A DNA stretch of 64,000 bases, taken from the NCBI GenBank assembly GCA_036630325.1, contig CP142727.1, forward strand, positions 1,240,001 to 1,304,000, in the 5' to 3' direction. Positions 1 to 14,001 of this stretch are shown here, piece by piece. Numbering within the stretch: position 1 is the stretch's first letter; each line of letters begins with the position of its first letter. Below the pieces are notes generated by a model. That model ran no database searches. It was not told where the DNA came from and was given only the letters and a program-made list of their open reading frames with translations. The position numbers and the translations under genes were made by a program. The stretch comes from Vairimorpha necatrix (lineage: Eukaryota).

Positions 1-2
1 AT

Positions 3-1589
3 ATAAAAAATACTTCTAGTGCCGCGGCCCTTGTAGTGTCTCATGTATTAAAGACAGATGATCATGATATAAATAATATTAAGACAGGGAATAATTCCCT
101 GTCTTTGAAACTCCTCCCTTCTTCAGATAGTACATTTTACATATTTGAATCTAAAAGGGTTTTTAATAATAATAGTCCAAATTATAATGAAATTTTCAAA
201 TTTTTCAGTAGAGATTTACAAGTTGATGTAGTATCAATTTGTATAATAAATGATAGAAATTCAGAAATAATAGGCAGAGTTGGAATAAATTTACAAGATT
301 TAGTAGAAGGGAAACCTATAAAATATAAATTGAAAGATGCACGATCTGGTACTTTAGAAGCCCAGTTTGATTTTCAATATATAAATTTAGAACAAGAAAA
401 TAATAATTTTATAAATTATATTTCTGTACAGAAGATTACAGTAGAGACAGTCAGTGAACAGGGAATATTTTATGGGGTAGTAGAGACGAGTTTAGATATT
501 TTCAAGATGGATCCTTTTACATCTTCCTTGCCTATAAAGAAGAGTATATTTGTACCAGTACATGATAATGATAAGATGAAGTTTAAGTTGTATAAAGAGA
601 CGAGTAATGGAGATGTCTTTTTAGGAGAAGAAGAGATTTCTATAAATTACACAGGAGAATCAAAAAGATTAGGCCTGATTTTACCAGATAATATTTCAGT
701 GGTATTAAGAATAGAAGGGGAATTTTTAGAAGATTTTAAAGGGAGTCCAAGTAAGAAAGAGAATCTTAAGATAATACAAGTACAATTTGGGGAATTCGAA
801 GGATTAAATGAAGAAATATTTATAGAACTACTTAAAATTGATACTAGATATAATAATAACGAAAATAGTAATAACTCATTAGATAATAGATATACTAGTT
901 CTAATTATAGATTAGATTCTAAGGTTGCTTCTGCTTATAGTAGAAATAAAAAGATAAATAATGTCTTCACTATTTTATTAGGAAATGAAGACCTCTTGGC
1001 TTTAGTCAAAGTTGCAGATCAAGGAGAAAATAGAATCTTAGGGAGTTTATTTTTACCCTTGAGATTTACAAATGAGAAGATTTCTTTTAATGAATTCGGC
1101 CTATCAGCAGATATAAAAGTCCAAATCCAGACTTGTAATTATTTCTTACCTTTAAATCTCAAGAAGGGTTTCTTAGAAATTTATATAAAATCTGCTAAGA
1201 ATCTTAAGTCTTCAGAGAGAGGAAGAGTCAATGCTTATGTCAAGGTCTTAGTAAATGATAATACTGTGTATAAGACTAAGTCTGCTTCAGAGAGTAATGA
1301 TCCCATATTTTATGAATCTTTTGTTATGCCTGTAGATAAAATCAGGGATATATTCTGTATACAGATTTATGATCAATATTCCAGTAGTAAGAATTCCTTA
1401 TTATGTTTTGTAGAGTTTCCTCTTCATAATATTTTAGAAGGGTTTAGTGAAGTAGATTTTAAGATGATGGATAGTAAGAGTTTTAAGAGGAGTGAGAGTA
1501 GTTTAAGAATAGGGTTTAATTTCTGTAGGGATAGTAAGACCCTTAAAGTGAAGAAGAGGAATATACTTGGGGATTTCTTTAATTTTTAA
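3..1589 (+). CDS. Multi-C2-domain membrane-tethering protein (tricalbin/extended-synaptotagmin-like), 5'-truncated by the window
   Basis: Frame is open from position 3 (IKNTSSAAALVV...), so the GTG at 36 is probably not the start. The C-terminal C2 domain is recognisable (GFLEIYIKSAKNL...AYVKV...KTK...NDPIFYESF...IQIYD), with more degenerate C2-like segments upstream. Confidence 0.75.
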   Translation: MKNTSSAAALVVSHVLKTDDHDINNIKTGNNSLSLKLLPSSDSTFYIFESKRVFNNNSPNYNEIFKFFSRDLQVDVVSICIINDRNSEIIGRVGINLQDLVEGKPIKYKLKDARSGTLEAQFDFQYINLEQENNNFINYISVQKITVETVSEQGIFYGVVETSLDIFKMDPFTSSLPIKKSIFVPVHDNDKMKFKLYKETSNGDVFLGEEEISINYTGESKRLGLILPDNISVVLRIEGEFLEDFKGSPSKKENLKIIQVQFGEFEGLNEEIFIELLKIDTRYNNNENSNNSLDNRYTSSNYRLDSKVASAYSRNKKINNVFTILLGNEDLLALVKVADQGENRILGSLFLPLRFTNEKISFNEFGLSADIKVQIQTCNYFLPLNLKKGFLEIYIKSAKNLKSSERGRVNAYVKVLVNDNTVYKTKSASESNDPIFYESFVMPVDKIRDIFCIQIYDQYSSSKNSLLCFVEFPLHNILEGFSEVDFKMMDSKSFKRSESSLRIGFNFCRDSKTLKVKKRNILGDFFNF

Positions 1590-1742
1590 AAAAATAGTCT
1601 AATATTATTATATTTAATATAGTCATGATTATATTTAATACAGTCTAATATATTGTATAATTATATTTAATATCTATTATTATATGTAGTAGATATTAGA
1701 AGCTTTTTCTTCTTTATATTTTTCTGATCCCTTAATTTTATA

Positions 1743-2132
1743 ATGCCCTCGTCTTATTCTTGGAAACAAGATCTCAATGAAGTCCAAGTCTCTTTCCCTC
1801 TTAAGGAATCAGACAAGATCAGGATAAAATCCACTATAAAAGACAGGAATATAAAAATAAAGTACAATGGGGAGATTGTACTAGAAGGAGTACTCTTTAA
1901 GAGGATACAAGTGGGCTTTGAGTTCTGGCTTAAAAATGAAGAAGATCAGACTATTGACTTCTTCTTCCCTAAGAAGGCGAATGACTGGTGGGAGTCACTC
2001 CTTGAGGGATCAGAGAAAGTGGACACTGATAAACTGGCAGAGGAGAGTGAAGGGGATTTCAGTATGTTAGATCCAGAAACGAGAGCATCGATAGAAAAGA
2101 TGGCCTATAATTTCCATCGCCAAAATGAATAA
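1743..2132 (+). CDS. nudC: NudC nuclear movement protein (CS/p23-like domain, minimal)
   Basis: YSWKQDLNEVQV, DWWESLLEG and the NudC C-terminal motif LDPETRASIEKMAY; CCC motif about 12 nt upstream of the ATG. Confidence 0.85.
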   Translation: MPSSYSWKQDLNEVQVSFPLKESDKIRIKSTIKDRNIKIKYNGEIVLEGVLFKRIQVGFEFWLKNEEDQTIDFFFPKKANDWWESLLEGSEKVDTDKLAEESEGDFSMLDPETRASIEKMAYNFHRQNE

Positions 2133-2295
2133 ACCAAGATTTTATAATATACTATATATATTTAATTTGTATACATTTAATTTAGACTAAATAAAGTTAA
2201 GTCTAAATAAAGTTAAGTTTAAATAAGACAATGCATAATTAAATATAAATAATGCATATTTAATATAAATAATGCAAATACAATTAATGCATATT

Positions 2296-4056
2296 TTATT
2301 TATGCATATGTAATATGTCACGATTAAGTGGTAAGTATTTCACATTGATTATTGCTAGTGAAGCTGATAATATCCTTAGAAATTTAGTATGATTATTCCA
2401 CATTAGAAATCCATTCTGGAAATTATATTTATGCTTTACTAAAATATTAAGTTTTATATAAGCTGAGTCAATAATCTCCCCTGTGTGTATTTGTATACTT
2501 TTATAAGCCTTATCTTCTTTAACAAGTCTATTTAGAATATCTTGTAATATTTCCATCTTCCTATCAGAAGTATGGGAATCTATAAGAAATTCCAAATTCC
2601 AAGTCTGGCCTTGAGATCTTCTTATATTTGTAATAGATTTATCTTTTATTCTCAAATTAGAAATATAACATTTATATCCATCCCATCTTATCAGAGTAGT
2701 AGTTAATAATGAAATATCTCTGACTATATAATTCTCATTATCTAAATATATTCTATCTCCTGGGTCATAAGGATGACTATAACAAATAAAAAGAAAAGAT
2801 TCAATAATTTCTTTAAGAGTAGAAAAAGCAGGCAAAATGAAGATAGGTAGACATAATTCAACAAGTAAAGGCTTAATATTTAACCAATTAGAAATAAACC
2901 AGTATAAAACTAATAATTCTATAAATATTAGAGTATGTCTTACTTTACTTAGTAAATTTCTATTACATTCTATTACTATAAATAGATTCTCTCTTTCATT
3001 ATTAATTTGTCTAATATTATCTCTAAAGACAAGATAATTTAATTCTTCAGTTCTATTAAAAGATAGAATATTGTAAAGTAAATCAGATTTATCTTTAAAA
3101 TGATATTTTAAAGATTTCTTAGTAATTCTACCAGATTTGGGCTGAGGAGGCTGAGCCTTCCTAATTTCTTCATTTATAGAGATCCACAAATTAGCTTCTT
3201 GATCTTTTTTCTGTATGAAATTTGAGGAATCAGAACTAGAATCATCTATATCATCTATATCAATATCTATTAAATTTGATATTAAATTGGAATCTATATT
3301 AGATTTATCATTATCTATTAAATCAATATTAGATTTATCAATATCTATTAAATCATTTTTATAATCGATATTAGATTTATCATCTATTAAATCTTGAAAT
3401 TTTTCCTGCTTTTTATGGGGAATCTTTCTACTTATTAGAGATTTTTTATTAAAAAATCTCGCTTCTTTACTAATTTCTTCTGCTTCTGTTCTTAAACTAA
3501 TATCTTCTTGTGTATAAACTGCCAAAGATTTATTAATTTGTAATGATTCATCATTCCAAATATCAAATAAATAATCATAATCTAAACTAACAGGTTTACC
3601 TCTACTAAAAAACTCATCAACAGATACTTGACTACTAGTACTAGAATTACTAATTGAATTATTAGAAATAAATGGTTCTATTTCTAATATTTCATTAGAT
3701 ATTCTAGATTTGAAATTTCTGGAAATTATTTCATAAGAAAAAGCACGAATTAAATCTAAAATCATAAGAATTATTAGGCCTGTGTATAAAGAATCAGAAT
3801 AAGTTATTAAGATTATTTCTTGTACTGTGTGGATAAAAATAAAAAAGAAGAGAAATTTAAATAATCTGAAGAAAGTTTTTATAAAAATATTAAATGGAGA
3901 TTTCTCCCTGGTTAAATAAGTGAGATAAACAATAATACAATGAAGAAATGAGAGAGGGAAAAATAAAAGACGCTTAGTTTTAAGATTAGAAATTTCGAAA
4001 ATGAAAAGAAGAGTCAAGTCTAAGAAGACAGACAAAATGAAAGGGACTAGAATCAT
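2296..4056 (-). CDS. MscS-like small-conductance mechanosensitive channel
   Basis: N-terminal TM helices; MscS signature IESFLFICYSHPYDPGDRIYLD...SLLTTTL...NIRRS; CCCCC upstream of the ATG; internal low-complexity IDxDKSNID repeats (~3240-3390). Confidence 0.88.
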   Translation of the reverse strand: MILVPFILSVFLDLTLLFIFEISNLKTKRLLFFPLSFLHCIIVYLTYLTREKSPFNIFIKTFFRLFKFLFFFIFIHTVQEIILITYSDSLYTGLIILMILDLIRAFSYEIISRNFKSRISNEILEIEPFISNNSISNSSTSSQVSVDEFFSRGKPVSLDYDYLFDIWNDESLQINKSLAVYTQEDISLRTEAEEISKEARFFNKKSLISRKIPHKKQEKFQDLIDDKSNIDYKNDLIDIDKSNIDLIDNDKSNIDSNLISNLIDIDIDDIDDSSSDSSNFIQKKDQEANLWISINEEIRKAQPPQPKSGRITKKSLKYHFKDKSDLLYNILSFNRTEELNYLVFRDNIRQINNERENLFIVIECNRNLLSKVRHTLIFIELLVLYWFISNWLNIKPLLVELCLPIFILPAFSTLKEIIESFLFICYSHPYDPGDRIYLDNENYIVRDISLLTTTLIRWDGYKCYISNLRIKDKSITNIRRSQGQTWNLEFLIDSHTSDRKMEILQDILNRLVKEDKAYKSIQIHTGEIIDSAYIKLNILVKHKYNFQNGFLMWNNHTKFLRILSASLAIINVKYLPLNRDILHMHK

Positions 4057-4156
4057 ACAAGGGGGTAGTAAAAAAACAACTTAAAAAACAAAAAGGAGTG
4101 TACCAATCAACAAACACAACAATAAATACCATATATTTATATTTAATAAATACTGT

Positions 4157-4365
4157 GGACTGTTGTATGTCCAACAGTCCTCGAAGAATCTTTACTGTTA
4201 AAATTTTATTAGATTTCTTCATACCCTTCTAGGGATGTTTTTTTTTATGTTTATGGGCGGGAAAATGTGGTACATTTCCCCTCTAAAAACATGATTAAAA
4301 ATAAGAGGAGACTTTCTATATACTAGTATTCTCTGGCCTCCAGGGTAGGCGTAGAACCACTGGAG
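4157..4365. other. Cluster of stem-loops, candidate structured RNA or regulatory element
   Basis: Five consecutive inverted repeats in ~210 nt that are GC-richer than the flanks (e.g. GGACTGTTG/CAACAGTCC 4157-4180; CTCCAG/CTGGAG 4338-4365). No known RNA family recognised. Confidence 0.3.
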
Positions 4366-4398
4366 AGCTGTCCCGTGACAAATACTATTTGATTTTAC

Positions 4399-5257
4399 GG
4401 CTAATTTCCACTTTATCCCCCCCTTACCAATATAAATACAGAATTTTTTATTTTTAGCCCTGTTTTTCAAAAGTCAAAGTGTCCAGAGCGGAAAGGAACA
4501 GAGAAAAATTTACATAAGTAAAAAAATGGTCTTAGAAATATCTAATTTGAACATAGTTTATAAAAATTTATTATTTAAACCAATTTAATGTTTTTTCTAA
4601 AAAACTATGAGTTAAATAGAAGTCTAAATTTGTAAAAATATGTTTTAACCTATTGCTTTCTTTTGTCATTACAATTAATTTTTTGCCAAAGATAAACATG
4701 TTTATACACAGTTTATGTTGTTTAAAACAGATTCTAGGTTTGGTTATTCTTAGTTTGAAGTATATTTATTAGTCTTGTTTTTTAGGTTTTCATTGGTTTT
4801 TTTAGACAAACAGAGAAAAAATAATGTTATATTTATGCTCTTTAAAGAATTATTGATGTGTATATAATATCAATTTAATAAGATATGTTATATTTTAGCT
4901 CCAAAAGTAAAATATTACATGTTTGGAAAATTCTTTAATTCTTGAAAAATATTCATTTATAACAGCAAATGAACCTTATAAATATTGTTTATATAGAGAT
5001 TTTCGTTGTTATACATTGCAATGTACAATAAAGATAAATCTTGATCAATAATTGGAAGAAGGAAATTTTTAAAAAATTGAAAAAAAAACGAAAAAAAAAT
5101 TGTTTTATTTTTGGTAAATATGCTATTTTATTACAACTTTATTTTTTTGACTTTTGCTCCTTCACATTTTTTCCGCTTCGAATTTCGAAAAAAAGGGATA
5201 TTTTTTAAGAATTCTTAATTTATATTGGTAAGGGGGGGGATAAAGTGAAAATGCTCC
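4399..5257. mobile_element. Non-autonomous TIR element (MITE), Merlin-like
   Basis: Inverted repeats CACTTTATCCCCCCCTTACCAATATAAAT (4409-4437) and its complement (5218-5247), extending to GG...CC termini. Flanks GATTTTAC / GATTTACA resemble an 8-bp TSD with one indel. No ORF. Confidence 0.7.
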
Positions 5258-5431
5258 GATTTTACATATTTATTTACATATATCTTATTTTACATATTAT
5301 AACACTACAATATTATAACTACAATATTATAACTATTATTTTACAATATTATTATTACTACAATATTTGATTCTTACATATTATTATTATCACTTCAAAA
5401 GTTTATGCTTAAAATAAAAAATCAAAAATAA

Positions 5432-7792
<2,361 letters not shown>

Positions 7793-7875
7793 ATATGTAT
7801 TCTTTTAAAAAAATTATATTATAGACATATATTATTTAAAAAGATTTATATGTTAATATATAAACTTACTTTATA

Positions 7876-8008
7876 CATATTTATTTCATATAGACTTATT
7901 TTTTAAAAACTGATTGCATACATATTTATTTCATTTAGACTTATTTGTTAAAAACTGATTAATGCATATTAATTTCATATAGGTTTATTTCATATAGGCT
8001 TATTTCAT
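7876..8008. repeat. Degenerate AT-rich tandem repeat (~45-bp unit x2, decaying into ~15-bp TTATTTCATATAGG units)
   Basis: CATATTTATTTCATxTAGACTTATTTxTTAAAAACTGATT occurs twice, followed by shorter copies. Confidence 0.6.
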
Positions 8009-8290
8009 GTGCTTTCTATAGTTTACAAGTCATTAAAAATCTTCATTATTGAGATTTTTTAACAAATATTTCAAGTAAATCTTTTATTAGAATTTTTAAA
8101 TAACTAATTATTTATTAGATTCAACCTAATTAAAAAAAAATTTACAAACATTTAAAAAAAATAATAGAAAAAATCTAATATAAAGAGATACACTTGTAAG
8201 TTTGTAATATAAATATTTTTACTCGATCATTTTTGATCTAAAAATATATTGGTCAATTCTAGTTTTAATATTCAGAGAATGTTTTAAGTC

Positions 8291-9016
8291 ATGTCTCCTG
8301 TAAAACTAGAAGTACAAAATCTTAATACTCCTATAATAGTACTAAACTCCGGCAATAAACTAGATTTAAATGTAAAAAACAAGATAATCATAAAATACAA
8401 CGAGTCAACTACAACACTCTTCTCATTAAACCTTACTCAAAACAGAACATATTTAAGTATAGAATACACTGATGGTCCTGTAGAACTCGACATAGATGAC
8501 AATGTACAAACATTTGATATCACAAATAATATCTTAAAAATAGAATTTATTTTCCAACAAAACACAAAAATAATATTAAATTGTGAATCTAATTATATGA
8601 ACTACTTGATTGAAAACCAAACACCGTCTGCTATCTTTTTAACTAGGAATAGAAGTGAAGATTCAAGTTTCGAAGAAAAAAATTTTCAAAATGAAGGATA
8701 TGAAGAACATCACTTTTTTAGTGATGATACAACTACAATAATAATTAGCGAGAAATATAAATTACAAATGGTGGGACAAAATATAAATAAGGAATATATT
8801 GGGGATAGTGTAAATATTGTCAATAAACCGAAAAATGTAAGGCTTATGGGGCCATTGACATTGTCAATGATGAATATATTGGTGTTTTTGTTTTTATTGT
8901 TTTTTATATTGTTCTTTCTACCTACTTTGTGGTTATTATCGAAGTTTCTGGTTTATGTTATTATGATACTTATTTTGGCTTTTATTGGTAGAGTGATAAT
9001 TGAAATGTATAAATAA
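8291..9016 (+). CDS. Hypothetical membrane protein (two C-terminal hydrophobic helices)
   Basis: 241-aa ORF; beta-rich N-terminal part and a long hydrophobic C-terminus; no CCC motif at the start. Confidence 0.75.
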   Translation: MSPVKLEVQNLNTPIIVLNSGNKLDLNVKNKIIIKYNESTTTLFSLNLTQNRTYLSIEYTDGPVELDIDDNVQTFDITNNILKIEFIFQQNTKIILNCESNYMNYLIENQTPSAIFLTRNRSEDSSFEEKNFQNEGYEEHHFFSDDTTTIIISEKYKLQMVGQNINKEYIGDSVNIVNKPKNVRLMGPLTLSMMNILVFLFLLFFILFFLPTLWLLSKFLVYVIMILILAFIGRVIIEMYK

Positions 9017-9273
9017 AAATTTTATATTAAATAATATAGATTATAATGGGAAATTTAAGCGAATTTGAGAGTAAATTACTCTTAAGATTACATAAAGAAT
9101 GTTTCAATGGACAACTTTAAAGATATCAAAAAAAAAGAATGAAGTAAGTAAATGACATTTATCTTTACACTTAATATAGTTTAAAGTGGAAAACTATGAA
9201 AAATTGATTAAAAAAGTATTAAATAACTTCAATTTTAAACTACACTATGTGAAAAGTTGTAAATAAGAAGATT

Positions 9274-10302
9274 TTATTGATTAAGTATAAGAATTAATTT
9301 TTTATAAATGTTTATAACACTGTTCGATCTTGATGATAATTTAATCAATTTTTTTTGCATCGAGTTGAAAATTTTATCTATTTTTATTTGAACATCAAAA
9401 TTTCCGTATTTAATTTTTTTCAAATCAGTTTTTAAAACTTTAAATAATTTGCTTATTGGTATGTGATCAAATAAACTAAATAGTTCTATATTATATTTAT
9501 AAATTTTCATTCTATGTTTGTTGGATAAATTTGATGGTAAATATTTAAGTTTCATATCATAAATATCTAGAAAACTACTAAATATTTTTATAAATTCATA
9601 TATTATATTTTGAACATTCGAAGGTGCTTGAGATTTTCTTAACTTTTTTTTTATTTCTGGTAATTGAAGTTTTCTCAATTTACTTATACTACCTATGTAT
9701 ATATCTATAATTTTACCATAAGATTTCCAAGCATCTTTATGTACTTGCAGTGGGAGATTAATTCCCATACTTTCTTCTTTTTTCGGCGGTGCTTTTCTGT
9801 CCATCTCTTCTTTAAAATTTTGAATTTTTTTTTTACATTCCAAAAAACATTTTTCTATATTTTTAACGTCAAAAGTAGTTTTATTTATGGTATCCTTTGC
9901 CAACTGTGAAGTTTTGTACGTATAAAAAATTAGCTTTGGTTTATCTATGTGTGTATTTTTAGAATTATTATCTATTTCTATTAACTCAATATCATTATTT
10001 GGGAAATAAATATCCATTTCATTTTTTATTTTACTAGAATCACATATGTCGTCATAAAAATCTAATATATTTATATCTTGTGTAAATTCCAGGCTAGGAT
10101 CTAATACATTAGCAAGATCATCGCCGATGTATTCCATTTTATTTTTTTTTACTTTTAGATTTTCACATGTTAAAAAGTCAGAAGCTCTTTGAGAAGATAC
10201 TGTAGATACGTAATTACCGCTTTCAGTATCATAAACTACATCCCTTATGTTTTCATCAAAAGCTAATACGCCACAATAAATAATTTCTAATATAAAAATC
10301 AT
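9274..10302 (-). CDS. Hypothetical secreted protein (signal peptide, helical C-terminal domain)
   Basis: ORF track begins at a GTG (10347). The ATG at 10302 follows CCCC and starts a signal-peptide-like MIFILEIIYCGVLA. A decayed paralogue lies at 12971-14001. Confidence 0.8.
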   Translation of the reverse strand: MIFILEIIYCGVLAFDENIRDVVYDTESGNYVSTVSSQRASDFLTCENLKVKKNKMEYIGDDLANVLDPSLEFTQDINILDFYDDICDSSKIKNEMDIYFPNNDIELIEIDNNSKNTHIDKPKLIFYTYKTSQLAKDTINKTTFDVKNIEKCFLECKKKIQNFKEEMDRKAPPKKEESMGINLPLQVHKDAWKSYGKIIDIYIGSISKLRKLQLPEIKKKLRKSQAPSNVQNIIYEFIKIFSSFLDIYDMKLKYLPSNLSNKHRMKIYKYNIELFSLFDHIPISKLFKVLKTDLKKIKYGNFDVQIKIDKIFNSMQKKLIKLSSRSNSVINIYKKLILILNQ

Positions 10303-12970
10303 TTTATGGGGAAAAAATATTTTGTGAAAATCGTCGTACTTAAACACAATTTTTATATAAAGAAAATCATATGAAACAATATAATGTCAATTGATTGTAA
10401 CAGCCATATAGTGTTATGTGAATGTTTAAAGAAATATGAAAAAAAAATAATAATTAGAATTTAGCTTAAGATGTAAGTAAAGGCTTACTTACAATATAAA
10501 ATAATTTTACAAATGTGAGTGCATTAAGATCCATTTTTAAATAATTTTTGTTTTTTTCAAGATTTAATACTAATCATACTATTCATAATGAATAAGAGAG
10601 CAGTAAAACATCATGAAAAAGAAATTTGACTATAATGTAGACAATAAAAATTTGTTTGGGTTCTTTTGTGTACTATATTCGCAAACAATCATAGTAAAAA
10701 CATTATACATGTATTCATATTGTTAATTGCTTTATATAATTTAACAAAATAATTTAACTTAAGAGCAGTTTTTTAATGAGTAAAAGATATAGCATGAGAT
10801 TCAAGATAGTTTGATGTTAAATAATTAAAAAGGAGGCTACAACTATTTTATATATTCTCTATATTAAATTTTCTGTAAATTTAATAAAATCTACAATCTT
10901 CTCACAAATTAATCATATATCAAATTGACTGACGTAAAAAACAGTCCATTATATTTGTGGATCTTTAATGTTTAGGATTGGCTTTATTTAAAAGTTTTAC
11001 ACATGTTTTTGTATGTGAATATTCTCTTGACTACGACAATACATCTATTTTTTGTGTTGATGAAATATCTTTATCATAATTTTTCAGATTCTTTGTAAAA
11101 TAAGGAACGTTATGATCATTGCTCTTCATATACTTGCTAATAATATTAGCATTGCTAGTAAATGAGGGAAGACATTAATAATATCAGTCAATGGATTGTA
11201 ATATTGTACAATTTAACTAATTTGGCATTTTTATTTATTAAACTTTTATAAGAAAAACTGTACATTTTATTTTAAAATAAAATAATCTTTTTCATCTATA
11301 TATCTCAATAATACATAATATAATAGTCCATTAATGATCAAAAAAGAAAAAATTATAATTACCACAATGGGAGCAGTTTGTAAATTCAACTCAAAGCTAA
11401 GAATTTGTCGTAAAATACCTAATTATTATCTTTGAAATTAAAAAAAACATAATAAAGGCACTCATAAAAGTCCAAAGTCGTTGAACCAAATTTTTAGAGA
11501 TTATTTTGACTAAATGAAAAAAATATATGCCCATTTACACTGTATGCAACCATACCCATTTACTCACACTTTTTATAGTTTTCTTTAAACAAAATTGCAA
11601 GATATATATAGATTAATGTATTTTATAAGTCGGATTCAATAAAAAAAAATATGTGTTATATAAATTAATATTTACATTATGTCAATTAAAAATCATAAAA
11701 ACCACTATATTTTTAATTTGATGATTAAATGAATATTACATTCTTATAACTGTTTATCAAAAAAATAAAATTGAATGCATATCGATATCGAAATAATTTC
11801 AAAATTAATTTTTTTACATGGAAATGTTAAAAAACATGCTTCTAAATGTTTTATCTTATAAGCAAGTATTATTTTATGCGATAATATTTAAAATGTAAAT
11901 ATTTATAATTTATAAAGCAGAAACCTTTGTAAATTTTTTTAAGGTGTAATTATACACCAACATATAAATCAGATATTGCGATTAATGTCTATTTTAATTA
12001 TTGGAAAGAAGAATTAAAAATTTAATTTCTAAAAAAATATTATTATCAAGTCGACATACCATCATTTGACTATGTTGTCGTGAAAATTTTCGAAATAAGT
12101 TTAATTTTTCTATAAGGTAATTGCGGCTTTCCTTCTATATTGCATATTATTTATCATGAGGATTCGTTATGATAACAGTATCGGTATAATTATTCTTTTT
12201 AATATTATATATTAAATAATACTTAATTTTCACTTTATAGTATCATTTTATCTATAACAATTTTAAATAGTTTTAACATAGACTATAACATTTTTTTATA
12301 TGTGCTATTCAATTTACTACAAACAGTGCAATGTTATTTGTTTGTATTATTGATCTAAATCGGGTCTTAAGTCCGACGTCTCTCGTAACAAACATTTTTT
12401 GCATATATTTAATAAAATTTACCATTTCATGGTATATCTTTTAGGTTTAGTACAAAAATTGTATGTATTTTCGGAAGTAAAAACGGTGTATCGGGTAGCT
12501 GATACACAGTATTTTTGTGTAAAAAATCTTGATTATATACAAAAAGTAATAATAAAGAAGAAAAATACCCCATTTTGTCTTTCTTATGCTATATTTGAGG
12601 ATTAAAAACTCATTATCCTACCATATTTTACAATATAATTTTTAATTACGCCGTATTAGAGATAACTTCAAAGGTTTTACAGTTTAATGTTATTTTTAAT
12701 AAACTAAAAACATTCTATAATACGAGAAATCTTGTACATAAAAAATTACACATTGAAAAAAAAACTTAAAAAATGGAATCTCGACAGACAATATCATTTA
12801 AGAAATAACATCTTAATGGAATGAGATTTATTATACTAATATAGTTTTCATGTTATTGAATATTTCAGACAATGACTCATTGGATGCTATGATTCCATCA
12901 ATAATATATATTCAAATTCTTTTGGCATTGTATTTTTATATTATTATAAAAAAATGAAAATCTAATAACA

Positions 12971-14001
12971 TTGATAAAATTTTTTTTATTTTTTTATTGC
13001 TTACTTTTTCACAAACAAACGAATCAAACGAGAAAGTATATATGATAACAATTATAATCACATAACATCAACTCCATACCAAGATACATCATATTATGAA
13101 TTGAATAGTAACGATCAGCAACCAACATGTACATGAATATCTTATATACGATGACCATAACAGCAACTAAGGTACTAATTGGGAATGTTTTGGTAATGAT
13201 GATGCAGGAGACATTCTATTAATGTGTATATATTATTCAGAATCTTATAAAGACGAAATAAACATAATTACTTCAATAATGTCTGTGATAAAGATGTTTA
13301 TGCAGACGCAATACAATTAGAAACAAGTTCTGTTCTGTATATGTACACAGAAACATGTAAAATACAAGATTACTTGTTTTAAACTTCGCATTACAATCAA
13401 AATTCCAGTGCTGATATGTATTTTGGTTTTGACAAGATAGAATATATTTATCCGAATGTGAAAATAAAATAAAAAATTTTATTGAAGACAAAATAGTTAC
13501 AAAGATTCAAGAATAGAATTTATTGAACATATAAAAAATAATAAACATCATAAATCTATTTAGGACGATATGAAAAAAACAACGACAAAAATTAAGATTT
13601 CTTATAGATTACCTAAAATTAAGTTGCTAGAAATACTTAAAAAAATCGCGAATCTTGTATTCCAATCAATATTCGAGAAATATTTAGAAATCTATAAAGT
13701 TGATTGAATTTTTAACTCTTTATAAAATGAAAAAAAAATTCAATCGCTTTGCATCAAACACATATAAAGTAGATTGTTACAAAAACAATATTTTGATATT
13801 TTTTTTGATTATATACCGATAATCTAAACGTTAAAAAAAATGAAAGCTGATTTGATTTTTTATACATCTGGCCCTACAGACATTCAAAAAGAAGTAGGTA
13901 GCATTATGATTTCGACGCAAACGCTCTTAACTAATTTATCATATAAATCATGCGAACTTTTTAAAATTTATGAAAATTTAATGAATATATGTAATAGATA
14001 G
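12971..14001 (+). pseudogene. Pseudogene paralogous to the 9274-10302 secreted protein
   Basis: Last segment translates FDYIPII*TLKKMKADLIFYTSGPTDIQKEVGSIMISTQTLLTNLSYKSCELFKIYENLMNICNR*, collinear with FDHIPISKLFKVLKTDLKKIKYGNFDVQIKIDKIFNSMQKKLIKLSSRSNSVINIYKKLILILNQ*. The 5' end reads like a signal peptide (xIKFFLFFYCLL). Many stops and frameshifts; 5' boundary approximate. Confidence 0.75.

Noticed and set aside
4300-4320. Minus-strand GAAAGTCTCC resembling RNase P/MRP CR-I
   Set aside because: No matching CR-V/P4 partner or P1 closure found by eye.
4481-4503. CCAGAGCGGAAAGGAACAG resembling SRP RNA helix 8
   Set aside because: Lies inside the 4399-5257 element, whose other end carries a mirrored AGCGGAAA; no surrounding SRP helices.
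7876-8008. Short repeats here and at 1595-1690, 2185-2295 and 22496-22550 as a CRISPR-like array
   Set aside because: Eukaryotic context, degenerate tandem units, no unique spacers, no cas genes.
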